Source: an uncultured Gemmatimonadota bacterium
GTDB taxonomy: Bacteria > GCA-2686955
Assembly: GCA_964490075.1 (NCBI GenBank)
Contig: CAZBBK010000025.1
Span: 1 to 64,000 of the forward strand
Reading direction: 5' to 3'
DNA length: 64,000 nucleotides
Shown here: positions 31,558-42,025 of the stretch, one piece after another
Position numbering within the stretch: position 1 is the stretch's first letter
How the letters are laid out: every line of letters starts with the position of its first letter
Notes under the pieces: model-generated
Told to the model about the DNA's origin: nothing
Seen by the model: only the letters and a program-made list of their open reading frames with translations
Databases searched by the model: none
Translations under genes and position numbers: made by a program

Positions 31558-33570
31558 CTACCGCGCGGCGGGGTTCGATATCTCGATCGAGCTCCGGTGC
31601 TCGAGGCGGTTGCCGGCCCGGTCGGCGGCGCGCAGCAGCAGGGAATGGGCACCGGGCGCGAGCGGTGCGGCCAGGCGCGCCTCGACCCGGTCCCGCGGGC
31701 CGTCCACGGCGGCGGGCAGCCACGCACCGTCGACCAGCAGCTCGATCGAGTCGAGATCGAGCCCGGCGCCGGCGTCGGCGAGGGGCAGGCGCAGGCTGCC
31801 GCCGGGCCCGGGCCCTTTGGCGATCCACGCCGCGCCGCTCACCTCGGGGGCCAGGGAGTCGGCGAAGGGCGCGTAGAGACCGGGACGGGTCAGGGTGCCG
31901 ATCGCGAAGGCGGCGCTGGCCTTGCTCTCGATGCGCCGCCAGCGCTGCTCGGCGGCGCCGCGCTCCAGGGAATAGAGCTGCACCGCGGCCGGCGCCTGGT
32001 CGCCGCTCCAGGGGATCGTGAGCGTCGAGGGCTCGCGGAAGACGAGCGAGCGCGGCCCGATCTCCAGCGCCGGACCGACCCGCTGCAGGCCGCGGCCGGC
32101 GGCCGGGGCCGGGATCCGCGGCGGAACCTGGATCGACACCAGCGCATCCTGGTAGACGCCGCCCTGGGGCACCGCGAGCTGGGCGCCCGCCGGCGGCGCT
32201 TCCAGGCGCGCGGCGGCGCCGGGTGCGAGCGGGTGGTAGGGAAGCGGCCGCTGCCACGTTCGGTCGCCCAGCCCGACCCGCAGCGAACCCGGTCCCCGCG
32301 GTCGATGCCAGCCGACCCAGCGCCCCGGGCCGGCGGCGCGCAGCTCGATTCCGACCGGCTCCCGGCCGGCGGCGACGATCTCGGCCAGAGGCTCGGCGGC
32401 AGCGGAGCGGGGCGCGGCCAACGCCAGCGCCAGGCGACCGTCGACCGGCTCGACGCGCAGCTCGGCGCGCACCGGCGCGGGCCGGTCCTCGGGCACTCCG
32501 GCGACCAGCGCCAGGCTCACCAGAGCGCGGTTGCCGGCGCGGTCCCAGAGCTCGAGCGTGATCTCGCCCTCTCCGGCGCCCAGCCCCGCGGCGTCGATCC
32601 AACCCCGCGGCCGCTCCGGATCGGCGGCGCGCAGATGCTCGTCGGCCCCGTCCAGCGGCACGTCGAGGCGGATCCGGGAACGGGCGCCGGGCTCCTCGGA
32701 GAGCCCCGAGTAAAGGTGTCGCGAGCGCGACGCCGCCCCCCAGGAGAAGCGACTCAGCGCCAGCTCGAGCAGCGGGCGGTCCTGCTCGAGCAGTCTGCCG
32801 CCGGCGATCGCCAGACGTCCACGGCCGGCGTCGTCGGCGTCGTGCACATCGACCTCGAGACTGGCGCGCCCTTCGATGCGTAGCGCCGCCGCCGAGCGGT
32901 AGCGACGCAGTCGAGCGGTCGCCTTTCCGAGGACCGGCACCAGATCGAGGGGGAAAGGAGACCCTTCCACCAAGGATCTGGCCCCACGCGGCACCACCCG
33001 GATCGCCTCGACCCGCGGCGGCACCGAGTCGGCGCTCGCGATGCCCTCCCCCAGGGGGTCGAGCGGCCGATTGGCGGAGTCGCGAATCTCGAAATGCAGA
33101 TGGGCCACGGGGGTCGCGGCGCGCCCCGACCAGGCAACGATCTCGCCGGCCTGGAAGCGGATCGGCGGTCCGCTCGGATGCCAGTCGAGCCGATAGCTGC
33201 GGGCCTCGAGCTGGCGCTCGTGCACCGATCGCGCCAGCGGCGGGGAGAGCCGGTGCAGGTGGCCGTAGACGGCGGTCCGACCATCGTCGAGGCGCAGGTA
33301 GAGCGCCCGGCCGTAGCCGTCGGGAGCGATCTTGACGCGGGCGAGGGTCCCGGCGGCGACGGCGCGGACCGGCAGCCCGACCTCGCCGCGGGTGGAGAAA
33401 TCGACCCCTCCGTGCAGGCGGTTGGCGCGGTACTCGCAGAAGCTCGAGGTGACCGCCAAGGGTCCGTCGAGGGGCGGCACGAGGGCCACGGGCGAGCTCG
33501 CGGGAGAGCGCGGCGCGGCGGCGAGAAGGAGCAGGAGGGCCCGCCAGGGGTGCGATCGTCGGGTTGTCAT
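31558..33570 (-). CDS. M23-family metallopeptidase with C-terminal Ig-like domains
   Basis: HGGVD, GYGRALY, YGHL and HLHFEIRD, with a signal-like N-terminus. Confidence 0.85.
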   Translation of the reverse strand: MTTRRSHPWRALLLLLAAAPRSPASSPVALVPPLDGPLAVTSSFCEYRANRLHGGVDFSTRGEVGLPVRAVAAGTLARVKIAPDGYGRALYLRLDDGRTAVYGHLHRLSPPLARSVHERQLEARSYRLDWHPSGPPIRFQAGEIVAWSGRAATPVAHLHFEIRDSANRPLDPLGEGIASADSVPPRVEAIRVVPRGARSLVEGSPFPLDLVPVLGKATARLRRYRSAAALRIEGRASLEVDVHDADDAGRGRLAIAGGRLLEQDRPLLELALSRFSWGAASRSRHLYSGLSEEPGARSRIRLDVPLDGADEHLRAADPERPRGWIDAAGLGAGEGEITLELWDRAGNRALVSLALVAGVPEDRPAPVRAELRVEPVDGRLALALAAPRSAAAEPLAEIVAAGREPVGIELRAAGPGRWVGWHRPRGPGSLRVGLGDRTWQRPLPYHPLAPGAAARLEAPPAGAQLAVPQGGVYQDALVSIQVPPRIPAPAAGRGLQRVGPALEIGPRSLVFREPSTLTIPWSGDQAPAAVQLYSLERGAAEQRWRRIESKASAAFAIGTLTRPGLYAPFADSLAPEVSGAAWIAKGPGPGGSLRLPLADAGAGLDLDSIELLVDGAWLPAAVDGPRDRVEARLAAPLAPGAHSLLLRAADRAGNRLEHRSSIEISNPAAR

Positions 33571-33686
33571 CGGAACGGCCGGAGGAAACGTGATATCGTG
33601 CTTCTTTTCATGCTCGAAGGAGCTCGCAAGGAGCCGCCCCACCGCAGCATACTCGGACTGCGGCGGCCCGCCCTGGAGTGAATCCC

Positions 33687-35543
33687 ATGCTCGCCAAGAT
33701 CCGCAGTGCCAGCGGCCTGATCGTCGGCCTCTTCGTCGTGGTCGCGGTCGCCTTGATCGCCACTCTCTTCGTCGACAACCAGCGCAATCCGATCCCCGAG
33801 GCGGTCGACGCGGCGATCGGCGAGGTCGAGGGCGTCGAGATCATGATCAGCGAGTACGACCGGGCGGTGCGCGCCCAGCGCAACGCCTACCAGCAGCAGA
33901 CCGGCCGCGAGGTGCCGGAGTTTCTGGCCGAGCGGATCGAGGAGAGCGTCTGGGACTCCTTCGTCGAGTCGATCCTGATGGAGGATTTGCTGGAGGAGCT
34001 GGGCCTGGCGATCACCGACGACATGGTCTACGCCGAGCTGACCGACAATCCTCCCCAGGAGCTGCAGGCCCGCTTCAGGACCCAGGAGGGGAGCTTCGAC
34101 GAGACCGCCTACCAGCAGGCGCTGACCTCGGCGGGCGCGGAGTTCTGGCTGCCGGTGGAGGCCTACGTGCGCACCAACCTGCTGCCGCGCAGGATGCTCG
34201 AGGGCATGGCCAAGGCCGGAGTGCACGTCACCGAGGCCGAGGTCCGCGGCGCCTTTCTCGAGGAGCACGAGGAAGCGCGGATCCGCTACGTGGCGGTCGG
34301 CCCGCAGGATGTCGGCGAGGTGGAGGTCGACGACGAGGAGACCCAGGCCCACTACGAGGCCAACCCCGACGACTACCGGCAAGAGGAGCAGGCGCGGCTG
34401 AAGTTCGTGCGCCTCGACAAGGGTCCCAGCGAGGACGATATCGCCCAGGCCAGCCGCCGGATCGTTTCGGTGAAGGAGAAGCTGAGCCGGGGCACCGACT
34501 TCTCGCGGCTGGCGCGGATCCACTCCGACGACGCCGGCAGCGGCGCGCAGGGCGGCGACCTGGGCTGGTTCGGGCGCGGCCAGATGGTGCCCGAGTTCGA
34601 CGAGGTCGCCTTCGGCGCCGAGATCGGCGCGGTCTCGGAGCCTTTCCGGACCGAGTTCGGTTGGCACGTGGTGCGGGTCGACGAGCGACGCACGGGCGAC
34701 GAGGGGCTGGAGGAGATTCACGCCTTCCACATTCTCAAGCAGGTGAAGATCTCGAACGCCACGCTGGACGCCAACTACCAGACCATGCGCGCAATCGCCG
34801 AAGGCGCGGAGGAGGGCGGCCTGGAGGCGGCGGCGGGAGAGCTGCAGGTGCTGTCGACGCCGCCCTTCGGCGCCCCCAGGGAGGATCTGCCGACCGCCCG
34901 CGGGGCGCATGTGCCGACCCTGGGCGAGCTGGAGGGGGCGAGCAAGTTCGCCTTCGCCAACGAGCCCGGAACGATCAGCCCGGTGCTGGAGAACGACGAG
35001 GCGCTCTTCCTGCTCGAGGTCGGGGGGCGGGTCGAGGCCCACGTGCGCCCCTTCGAGGAGGTTCGGGTGCGCGTGGTGTCACGCCTGGAGCGAGATCGGC
35101 GCAAGCAGGTGGCGCTGGAGCGCGGCGAGGAGCTGGCGGCGCGGGTCGCCGGCGGGGAGAGCCTCGACGAGGCCGCCGAGGCGCTGGGGCTCGAGGTTGA
35201 GGAGCCGGAGGAGCCGGTCTCGCGCACCAGCTACATCCAGGGGATCGGCACCCGCACCGAGGTGGCCGGCGCGGCGCTGCGTCTGGAGCCGGGCGAGACC
35301 AGCGGTGGAATCGTGATGGAGGAGCGCGGGATCACGGCGGTGGTGCAGGTGCTGGAGCGCACGCCGGCCGACGAGAGCCTGCTGGTGGACGAGCGCGAGG
35401 AGATCGTCGCGCGGCTGCGCGGCGAGAAGGAGCGCATGGCCTTCCGGAGCTGGATGGAGGCGGTCAAGGCGCGTGCCGCGATCCTCGACGAGCGCGACCA
35501 GTTCTACGGCTCGGGGGAGGCGCCGGAAGAGCGGTCTTCGTAA
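33687..35543 (+). CDS. PpiD/SurA-like peptidyl-prolyl isomerase
   Basis: N-terminal TM anchor and parvulin motif FSRLARIHSDD..S..QGGDLGWF..GQMVPEF...TEFGWHVV. Confidence 0.88.
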   Translation: MLAKIRSASGLIVGLFVVVAVALIATLFVDNQRNPIPEAVDAAIGEVEGVEIMISEYDRAVRAQRNAYQQQTGREVPEFLAERIEESVWDSFVESILMEDLLEELGLAITDDMVYAELTDNPPQELQARFRTQEGSFDETAYQQALTSAGAEFWLPVEAYVRTNLLPRRMLEGMAKAGVHVTEAEVRGAFLEEHEEARIRYVAVGPQDVGEVEVDDEETQAHYEANPDDYRQEEQARLKFVRLDKGPSEDDIAQASRRIVSVKEKLSRGTDFSRLARIHSDDAGSGAQGGDLGWFGRGQMVPEFDEVAFGAEIGAVSEPFRTEFGWHVVRVDERRTGDEGLEEIHAFHILKQVKISNATLDANYQTMRAIAEGAEEGGLEAAAGELQVLSTPPFGAPREDLPTARGAHVPTLGELEGASKFAFANEPGTISPVLENDEALFLLEVGGRVEAHVRPFEEVRVRVVSRLERDRRKQVALERGEELAARVAGGESLDEAAEALGLEVEEPEEPVSRTSYIQGIGTRTEVAGAALRLEPGETSGGIVMEERGITAVVQVLERTPADESLLVDEREEIVARLRGEKERMAFRSWMEAVKARAAILDERDQFYGSGEAPEERSS

Positions 35544-36589
35544 CCCTCCACCGACCGGAGCAGCTCCGCCACCGCGTCGCAGACCTCGTCGGGCGGGATC
35601 GCCATGCAGTCGACGGGGCCGGTGCGGCAGCGCCCGAACATGTCGTTGTGGCAAGGCGCCCGCTCGCAGAGCTCCGGGCGGCGCAGCGCGCGCACGCCGG
35701 GTCGGTCGAGGTCGGAGATGCGCAAGGCCGGATCGGTGGGACCGAAGAGCGCCAGCCGCGGGCGCTCGAAGGCGCCGGCCAGGTGCAGGTAGAGGGTGTC
35801 GGTGGTGACGACCAGCGCGGCACCCGCGATCCAGCCGCAGATGTGGTCCAGCCGCCCCGGGCTGATCAGAGCCCGCGCGCCCGGCGCGGCCGCCGCCGCG
35901 TCGGCTTCCGGGCGATCCTCGGCCGCCGCGACGACCACGACCTCGCGCCGGGGCAGCCGCTCGCTCAGCCGCGCGACCACCCGCGGCCAGTGGGGGTAGC
36001 GGCGGTTGTGGTCGGCGCCGCCCAGCGCCACCACGATCGCGCCCCGGGTCCGCAGCGCGTGCTCGGCGTGGTCGAACATCACCACCGGCCGCAGCGAATC
36101 GTCCGCGCCGGGCGTGCGTCCCACCACCGCCTGGAAGAAGGTGCGGGGGATCTCCTCGGCGGTGGAGAGCAAGGGTCGATCGCCGCCCTCGACGCGACCC
36201 GCGCCCCCCAGGAGCGCCAGCGCATGCTCCCGGGCGCCGGCCCGGCCGAGATGCACCACCCGATCCCAGCCACCCCCGAGCGCCGCGCGCAGGGGCGCGC
36301 CCCCGGGGTCGAGCACCCGGCGCAGGGCAGGGAAGCCGCGCGCCAGCTCGGCGACCGCGCGCGCCACCCCACCGGGCACCAGCAGATCGATCCGTAGCTC
36401 GGGGTCGTCGCGCGTGAGCGCCGCGAGCGCCGGGGTGAGCATCAGGTAGTCGCCGAGGCGATAAGGAAAGGTGATCAGCACCCGGCGGATGGGGCGCTCG
36501 GCGGCGCGCTCGCAGCGCGCCCGCACCAGGCGGCGCAGCGCCACTCGGGGGAGGTCCCCGGCCCTCGGAAACGCCGATCCTCGGTCCAT
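35504..36589 (-). CDS. Glycosyltransferase family 9 (LPS heptosyltransferase-like)
   Basis: RLGDYLMLTP, TDTLYLHLAGA, ALFGPT and a C-terminal C..C..C..CM motif. Confidence 0.85.
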   Translation of the reverse strand: MDRGSAFPRAGDLPRVALRRLVRARCERAAERPIRRVLITFPYRLGDYLMLTPALAALTRDDPELRIDLLVPGGVARAVAELARGFPALRRVLDPGGAPLRAALGGGWDRVVHLGRAGAREHALALLGGAGRVEGGDRPLLSTAEEIPRTFFQAVVGRTPGADDSLRPVVMFDHAEHALRTRGAIVVALGGADHNRRYPHWPRVVARLSERLPRREVVVVAAAEDRPEADAAAAAPGARALISPGRLDHICGWIAGAALVVTTDTLYLHLAGAFERPRLALFGPTDPALRISDLDRPGVRALRRPELCERAPCHNDMFGRCRTGPVDCMAIPPDEVCDAVAELLRSVEGYEDRSSGASPEP

Positions 36590-36664
36590 GGAGATGCTGC
36601 TGATCTGGGGCTCCCGCGGGCTCGGTCCCGAGCCGGGAGCGTACACGGACAAGGGTTCGCGCAA

Positions 36665-36703
36665 GGGCGATCGCGGCCGCCGTGCTCGGCGCCGCGATCG
36701 CCC
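36665..36703. terminator. 13-bp perfect stem-loop downstream of the 36751-38376 gene
   Basis: GGGCGATCGCGGC-13 nt-GCCGCGATCGCCC. No clear U-tract. Confidence 0.45.
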
Positions 36704-36750
36704 CGGTCCGCGCGGTGGGGGAACCGCACGAACCCTGGGTTCGACGGATG

Positions 36751-38376
36751 CTACTTCAGCATCAACAGACGAGTGGTCTGCGCCGTTCCACCGTTGACCA
36801 GACGCGCCGTGTAGACCCCGGAGGGAAGGGCGGCGCCGTGATCGTCGCGACCATCGAAGGTCACCGAGTGATCACCCGCCTGCTGGTGGCCGTCGAGCAG
36901 GGTGCGCACCAGGCGCCCGCTCAGATCGAAGACCTGCAGCGTGGCCTCACCGGCCTCGGCCATGGTGAAGGAGACGCGGGTCCGCGGGTTGAAGGGGTTC
37001 GGGCTGGCCGCGTGCAGGGCCGCCTGGGCGCCGATCGCCGGCAGGTCGCCGCCGATGCCCACACCCTCCTTGGTGTAGAAGACCTCGACGTCGTCCACAT
37101 ACCAGTAGAGGTAGTGGGTCTCGGCGGTGCCGGTCCCGGCCCGCAGCCGCACCCGCACGTCGGACATGCCGACGTAGGCGATCAGCGGGTAGATCTTCTC
37201 GACCCAGTCCGACTTGCCGGCGATGGTGCGCTGCTCGACCAGGCTCCAGGTGGTGCCGCCGTTGGTGGAGACATCGAAGGAGAGGTAGGCGCCTTCGCCG
37301 TCGCCCTTCATGCGCTCCTGCCAGCGAATGAACGCGGTCTGCATGTCGGGGTCGACGGAGAGATCGAGGGGCGGCAGCTCGAGCGTGTTGTCGAGGGCGC
37401 GCAGGGCGTGATCGGAGGCGTAGTAGGTGCCGTCGAGCAGCGTGCTGGCCGAATCACCGACGAACATCGCGTTGGGAGAGGAGCTGAAGACCGGTAGATT
37501 GTCGGGCTGGGGATGGGAGGAATCGACCACGTCCCACCAGTCCCCCGAGGGGGTGATGATGCCGCCGTGGGGGTTCCACTCCGGCTTCAGCGCCCCTTCC
37601 ATGTTATCCTGGAAATAGATGTCCTGAAGTGTGTTGGCCACGTAGACATCGTCGATGAACCAGGCGGTGCTGAAGCCGCCGTAGCCACCGTCCTCGCTGG
37701 AGGCGAACTTGTCCGACGCGAAGTCGAAGCGGATCGTGAGGGTGTCGCCGATGTAGCTGGTCAGGTTGAAGTTGATCTCTTCCCAGGCGGCGGGATTGAA
37801 CTTGCCCGACCAGCCGGGAATATCGTGGGTGCCGTCCTGCAGGAAGAAGGCGTAGATGCTCTGGCGCAGGTAGCCGCCCTCCGGCTCGACCACCGTCCAG
37901 GTGACGCCGCCGTCGTCGGAGACCCGCACCGTGCCGCCGTCCCAGGTGTCGTCGGGAAGAACCGGGCCTTCCCACTCACAGTCGACGTACTGCCAGTAGT
38001 TGAGGCCGGTGACGCCGGTGGCGCTGGTCAGGTCGACCGTGAGATCTAGCTGCTGGCGCCACATGTTGCCGTAGCCGGTCCACAGGTCCTCTTCGGTGCC
38101 GCACCACCAGGCGCCGGTGCCGCCGTGGGTGTTCCAATCGTCGACGTGCCAGTAGGTGGGGGGGACGGCGATGTCGGTGAGGTCGTTCGAGGTCCAGCCA
38201 TCTGGAAGCACGGCGGTGGTATCGAAGCCCTCGCTGATCATCCACACGGTGTCGGTCCCGGCGGGCCGGAGCGCGGGAGGATCGAGCACCACCTCGGCCG
38301 GCTCGAGCGCGACGTCGAGCGCCAGGGCCGTGCCACCGATCGCGGCCAGTCCGGCCAGTGCAATAGCGATTCGCAT
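36751..38376 (-). CDS. Secreted protein with two jelly-roll/MAM-like domains and C-terminal FlgD-Ig (CTD-like) domain
   Basis: Signal peptide MRIAIALAG; VSDDGGVTW and VSTNGGTTW; C-terminal PNPFNP..V.F...VFDLSGRLV..L...DGRD....LPSGVY. Confidence 0.8.
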   Translation of the reverse strand: MRIAIALAGLAAIGGTALALDVALEPAEVVLDPPALRPAGTDTVWMISEGFDTTAVLPDGWTSNDLTDIAVPPTYWHVDDWNTHGGTGAWWCGTEEDLWTGYGNMWRQQLDLTVDLTSATGVTGLNYWQYVDCEWEGPVLPDDTWDGGTVRVSDDGGVTWTVVEPEGGYLRQSIYAFFLQDGTHDIPGWSGKFNPAAWEEINFNLTSYIGDTLTIRFDFASDKFASSEDGGYGGFSTAWFIDDVYVANTLQDIYFQDNMEGALKPEWNPHGGIITPSGDWWDVVDSSHPQPDNLPVFSSSPNAMFVGDSASTLLDGTYYASDHALRALDNTLELPPLDLSVDPDMQTAFIRWQERMKGDGEGAYLSFDVSTNGGTTWSLVEQRTIAGKSDWVEKIYPLIAYVGMSDVRVRLRAGTGTAETHYLYWYVDDVEVFYTKEGVGIGGDLPAIGAQAALHAASPNPFNPRTRVSFTMAEAGEATLQVFDLSGRLVRTLLDGHQQAGDHSVTFDGRDDHGAALPSGVYTARLVNGGTAQTTRLLMLK

Positions 38377-38510
38377 GGTTCCCTCATCTGGGTGAAAGGC
38401 GACCCTCCGCCCGGCTCTCGGTCGGCAGAAGGGAGCGGGAGTCGCGCGGGGGGTGGTGGGGCACCCGTTGGTGGAGGGCGCCGGAATGCGCGGGAGGCTA
38501 GCACTTATCG

Positions 38511-40208
38511 TCAATCCCGGATAGCGCGCAGCCGCCAGACCCGGATCGTCGGCCCGGGACGCCGGTAGCCGCCCAGACCGGCGATCGGCGCGTAGTAGGC
38601 GTCGATCGGGTCGAAGACCCCGTGGCGGGCGCCCGTCCCCGCTCCGGGTTCGAAGCGGACCAGCTCTTCGGCGCGGCGCTCGAGCTCGGCGCGCAGCCGG
38701 TAGTGGAGCGCGGAGTAGCGGCTGAGCTCGTGCTCGTGGGTCACGATCCACGGGAACTCCGGCCCGGCGCGCCCCCCCAGTCCGGGGCGCGGATCGATGA
38801 TGCGCGCGGTGGGGAAAGGCGCCTCGAGCGGGCAGACCGGGGGCCGGCGCTCCAGGGTCAGGATCTGGCACCATTCCAGCCCCGGCAGGCGCGGCTCGCC
38901 GTAGGGAGGGACGCCGTTGGCGCCGGCCAGGATCACCCCTTGGTGCGGCGGGACGTGGTCGCGCAGCCAGCGCTCGGCGAGCTGGCGGGTGTCGCCGCGG
39001 CCGATCAGCCGGGCGTGAGCGATCGACGCGCTCGCCGCCGGAACCGCCACCAGCAGGGCGAGCAGCGCCGTCGCCAGCGGGCGCCGCCGCGCGGCAAGGG
39101 GCAGCCGCGCGGCGAGGGTGCGCAGCGCCAGCTCCGCCGCCAGTACACACACCGGCAAGAGCGGGATCACGTAGCGGAAGAAGACGGTGCGGGCGCCGCC
39201 CATCGCCGCGTAGTAGAGCAGCGCGAAGGCCAGCGGGGGCAGCAGCGCGGCGTGGCGGCGCGGACGGAAGAGCGCCAGGGCGATGCCGGCCAGCGCGGCG
39301 AGCCAGAGGGGCGGCGTCAGCCCGTAGCGCAGCGATCGGCTCAGGTGATAGGTCCAGCCGAGGCCGAGATCGCGGCCGTGCCCCTCGGCCATGTGGCGCG
39401 CCTGGAAGGCGAAGTCACGGGCGAAGGTCGGCGCGTCGAGCAGCACGTAGGGGTTGAGCGCCAGGAAGAGCGCCGCGGCGACCGCCGCCACGATCGCCGT
39501 GCGGCGCGCCACCCAGGCAAACGCGCGGGCGCGGCCGAGCTCCCGGGGCCGGGCCAGGAACAACGCGAGAGCGGGCGCCACACCGACCAGCGCGGCGTTG
39601 TACTTGGTGGCCGCGGCCAGGCCGACCCAGAGCCCCGCCCCCAGCAGGTCGCCCCGCGCCGGGCCGCCCGGGCGCCGCAGTCGATCGCTCCAGAGCAGGG
39701 CGCCGGCCACCGCCAGGGTCGCGGCCACGTCGGTGACTCCGAAGCGCGAGTCGCGCACGTGCAAGGGCGCCACCGCCAGCAGCAGCCCGGCCAGCCAGGG
39801 CGAGCCCCCCAGCCGCCGGGCCAGGGCCGCGCAGGCGCCCACGGTCGCCACTCCGCAGAGCGCCGAGAGGCTCCGTGCCCCCAGCAGCCAGGGCCCCGGA
39901 TCGGCCACGTAGGCCGCCAGGCAGCCCTGCAGATCGCTCCAGGTGCCGGTCCAGATCCCGATCCGCGCCGCCGCCCAGAAGGGCAGGCGCAAGAGATAGA
40001 GCCAGGCGGCGGGGTATTCGAAGAACTCCGGGGACCAGGTCCCCCCCACCACCATGCGCAGCACCCGGCTGGCCACGTTGGCCTCGTCGGGGCGCGCCCA
40101 CCAGTCGGGCAGGCCGAAGTCGATCGACCAGAAGCGCAGCAGCGCCGCCAGCAAGAGCACGGCGGCAAGGCGGATCTGCTCGGCCCGAGTCCACCGCGGA
40201 CGATTCAC
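38511..40208 (-). CDS. GT-C fold membrane glycosyltransferase (ArnT/PMT-like)
   Basis: LLRFWSIDFGLP..RPDE, FFEYP, GLAAATKY and RYVIP, with many TM helices. Confidence 0.8.
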   Translation of the reverse strand: MNRPRWTRAEQIRLAAVLLLAALLRFWSIDFGLPDWWARPDEANVASRVLRMVVGGTWSPEFFEYPAAWLYLLRLPFWAAARIGIWTGTWSDLQGCLAAYVADPGPWLLGARSLSALCGVATVGACAALARRLGGSPWLAGLLLAVAPLHVRDSRFGVTDVAATLAVAGALLWSDRLRRPGGPARGDLLGAGLWVGLAAATKYNAALVGVAPALALFLARPRELGRARAFAWVARRTAIVAAVAAALFLALNPYVLLDAPTFARDFAFQARHMAEGHGRDLGLGWTYHLSRSLRYGLTPPLWLAALAGIALALFRPRRHAALLPPLAFALLYYAAMGGARTVFFRYVIPLLPVCVLAAELALRTLAARLPLAARRRPLATALLALLVAVPAASASIAHARLIGRGDTRQLAERWLRDHVPPHQGVILAGANGVPPYGEPRLPGLEWCQILTLERRPPVCPLEAPFPTARIIDPRPGLGGRAGPEFPWIVTHEHELSRYSALHYRLRAELERRAEELVRFEPGAGTGARHGVFDPIDAYYAPIAGLGGYRRPGPTIRVWRLRAIRD

Positions 40209-42025
40209 GACGCCGAGCTCCGGCTTCGCGGGGCCCCTTCCCCTGCTCCCTCCCCCTGCTGCAAGGCGTGCAGGCGACTGTAGACCCGCCCGGCGGCCAG
40301 CAGCTCGGCGTGGCTGCCCGACTCGACCAGCCGCCCGCGGTGCAGCACCAGGATCCGGTCCAGGTCGCGCACCGTCGACAGCCGATGGGCGACCACGATG
40401 GCGCTGCGACCCCGCAGCAGCTCCTCAAGCGCCTGCTGGATCCGCCGCTCGGTCTCGGGATCGACGCTGGCGGTCGCCTCGTCGAGCACCAGAACGCGTG
40501 GATCGCGGGCCACGGCACGGGCGAAGGTCACCAGCTGGCGCTCGCCCACCGAGAGATTCGCGCCGCGCTCCCAGACCTCGCTCTCGATCCCCGCGGGCAG
40601 CCGCTCCAGCACCGGCTCCAGACCCATCGCCCGCACCGCGCCCGCGGCACGGCTCTCGGCCTGCTCCAGTCCCAGGGCGATGTTATCGCGCACCGTGCCG
40701 CTGAAAAGGAAGATGTCCTGCGTCACCACGCCCAGGGCCGAGCGCAGGACCGCGGGGTCGAGCTCGCGCAGATCGATGCCGTCGATCCGCACCGCGCCCC
40801 GATCGACGTCGTAGAGACGTGCCAGGAGCCGAAGCAGTGTCGATTTGCCCGCCCCGGTGGCCCCCACCACGCCGACCCGCTCGCCGGGCTCGATGGTGAA
40901 CGTGACGTCGCGCAGCACCGGCTCGCCGGCGCGGTAGGAGAAGTCGACCGAGTCGAACTCGATGCGCCCCGCGACCGGCACCGGGGGCGCCAGGATGCGC
41001 TCCTGCGGCAGCGCCGAGTCATCGTCCAAGAGATCGAAGACGCGCTCCGCCGAGGCCAGCGCCGACTGCAGAACGGCGTACTTGGTCGACAGATCCTGCA
41101 CCGGATGGAAGAAGCGTTTGGCGTAGTCGATGAAGGCCACCAACACGCCGAAAGTGAGCGTCCCTTCGAGCACCGGGGCGGCCGCCAACCACAAAATCGC
41201 CGCCGTGACCACGATCCCCGCCAGCTCCACCAGGGCGCTGAAGAGCGACTCGTAGATCACGCCGTCCAGCTCGGCGTCGCGGTAGGCGCGCGAGGCGCGA
41301 CCGAAGCCGGCCAGCTCGCGCCGCTCGCGGGCGAAGAGCCGAATCACCCCCATCCCGGCCAGGTTCTCGGCCAGGAGCGCGTTGAGGCGCGCCAGCAGCA
41401 GCCGCACGCGACGATGAGTGCGGCGGATCTTGCCGCGGTAATAGAAGGTCAAGAGCAGCAGCACCGGGACCGCAGCGAAGGCGACCAGGCTCAAGCGCAG
41501 GTCGAGGCGGATCATCACGAAGGCGATCAGGACCATCGCCAGCATGTCGCCGAGCACCGCCAGCACGCCCTGGCTGAAGAGCTCGTTCAGAGCCTCGACG
41601 TCGCTGGTGACGCGGGTGATCAGGCGGCCGACCGGGTTGCGGTCGAAGAAGGCCATGGGACGCCGGGTGATGTGGGCGAATACCTCTTGCCGCAGATCCC
41701 TCAGCACCCGCTGCCCCGCCCCCTCGAGGGCCACCAGCTGGGCGTAGCGCAGCACCACGTCGCCAATCAGGGTCGCCAGGTAGAGCAGCACCCAGAAGCG
41801 CAAACCGAGCAGGTCACCGGCGGCGATCGGACCGTCGATCGCCTCCTTCACCAGCCAGGGCTGCACGGTCTGCACGCCGGTGAGCAGCGCCAGCAGCACG
41901 ACCGCGAGGGCGACCCGCGGCCAGTGACGGCGCAGGTAGCCCAGGAAGCGCCCGAAGATCGCCAGGTCGAGGCGTCCCCGTCCCGGCTGATCGTCGGGGG
42001 CGCCGACCGCGGCCTGGACCCTCAC
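40205..42025 (-). CDS. ABC exporter permease/ATP-binding subunit
   Basis: GATGAGKST, LSVGERQ, LDEATASVD and AHRLST, with six TM segments. Confidence 0.93.
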   Translation of the reverse strand: MRVQAAVGAPDDQPGRGRLDLAIFGRFLGYLRRHWPRVALAVVLLALLTGVQTVQPWLVKEAIDGPIAAGDLLGLRFWVLLYLATLIGDVVLRYAQLVALEGAGQRVLRDLRQEVFAHITRRPMAFFDRNPVGRLITRVTSDVEALNELFSQGVLAVLGDMLAMVLIAFVMIRLDLRLSLVAFAAVPVLLLLTFYYRGKIRRTHRRVRLLLARLNALLAENLAGMGVIRLFARERRELAGFGRASRAYRDAELDGVIYESLFSALVELAGIVVTAAILWLAAAPVLEGTLTFGVLVAFIDYAKRFFHPVQDLSTKYAVLQSALASAERVFDLLDDDSALPQERILAPPVPVAGRIEFDSVDFSYRAGEPVLRDVTFTIEPGERVGVVGATGAGKSTLLRLLARLYDVDRGAVRIDGIDLRELDPAVLRSALGVVTQDIFLFSGTVRDNIALGLEQAESRAAGAVRAMGLEPVLERLPAGIESEVWERGANLSVGERQLVTFARAVARDPRVLVLDEATASVDPETERRIQQALEELLRGRSAIVVAHRLSTVRDLDRILVLHRGRLVESGSHAELLAAGRVYSRLHALQQGEGAGEGAPRSRSSAS

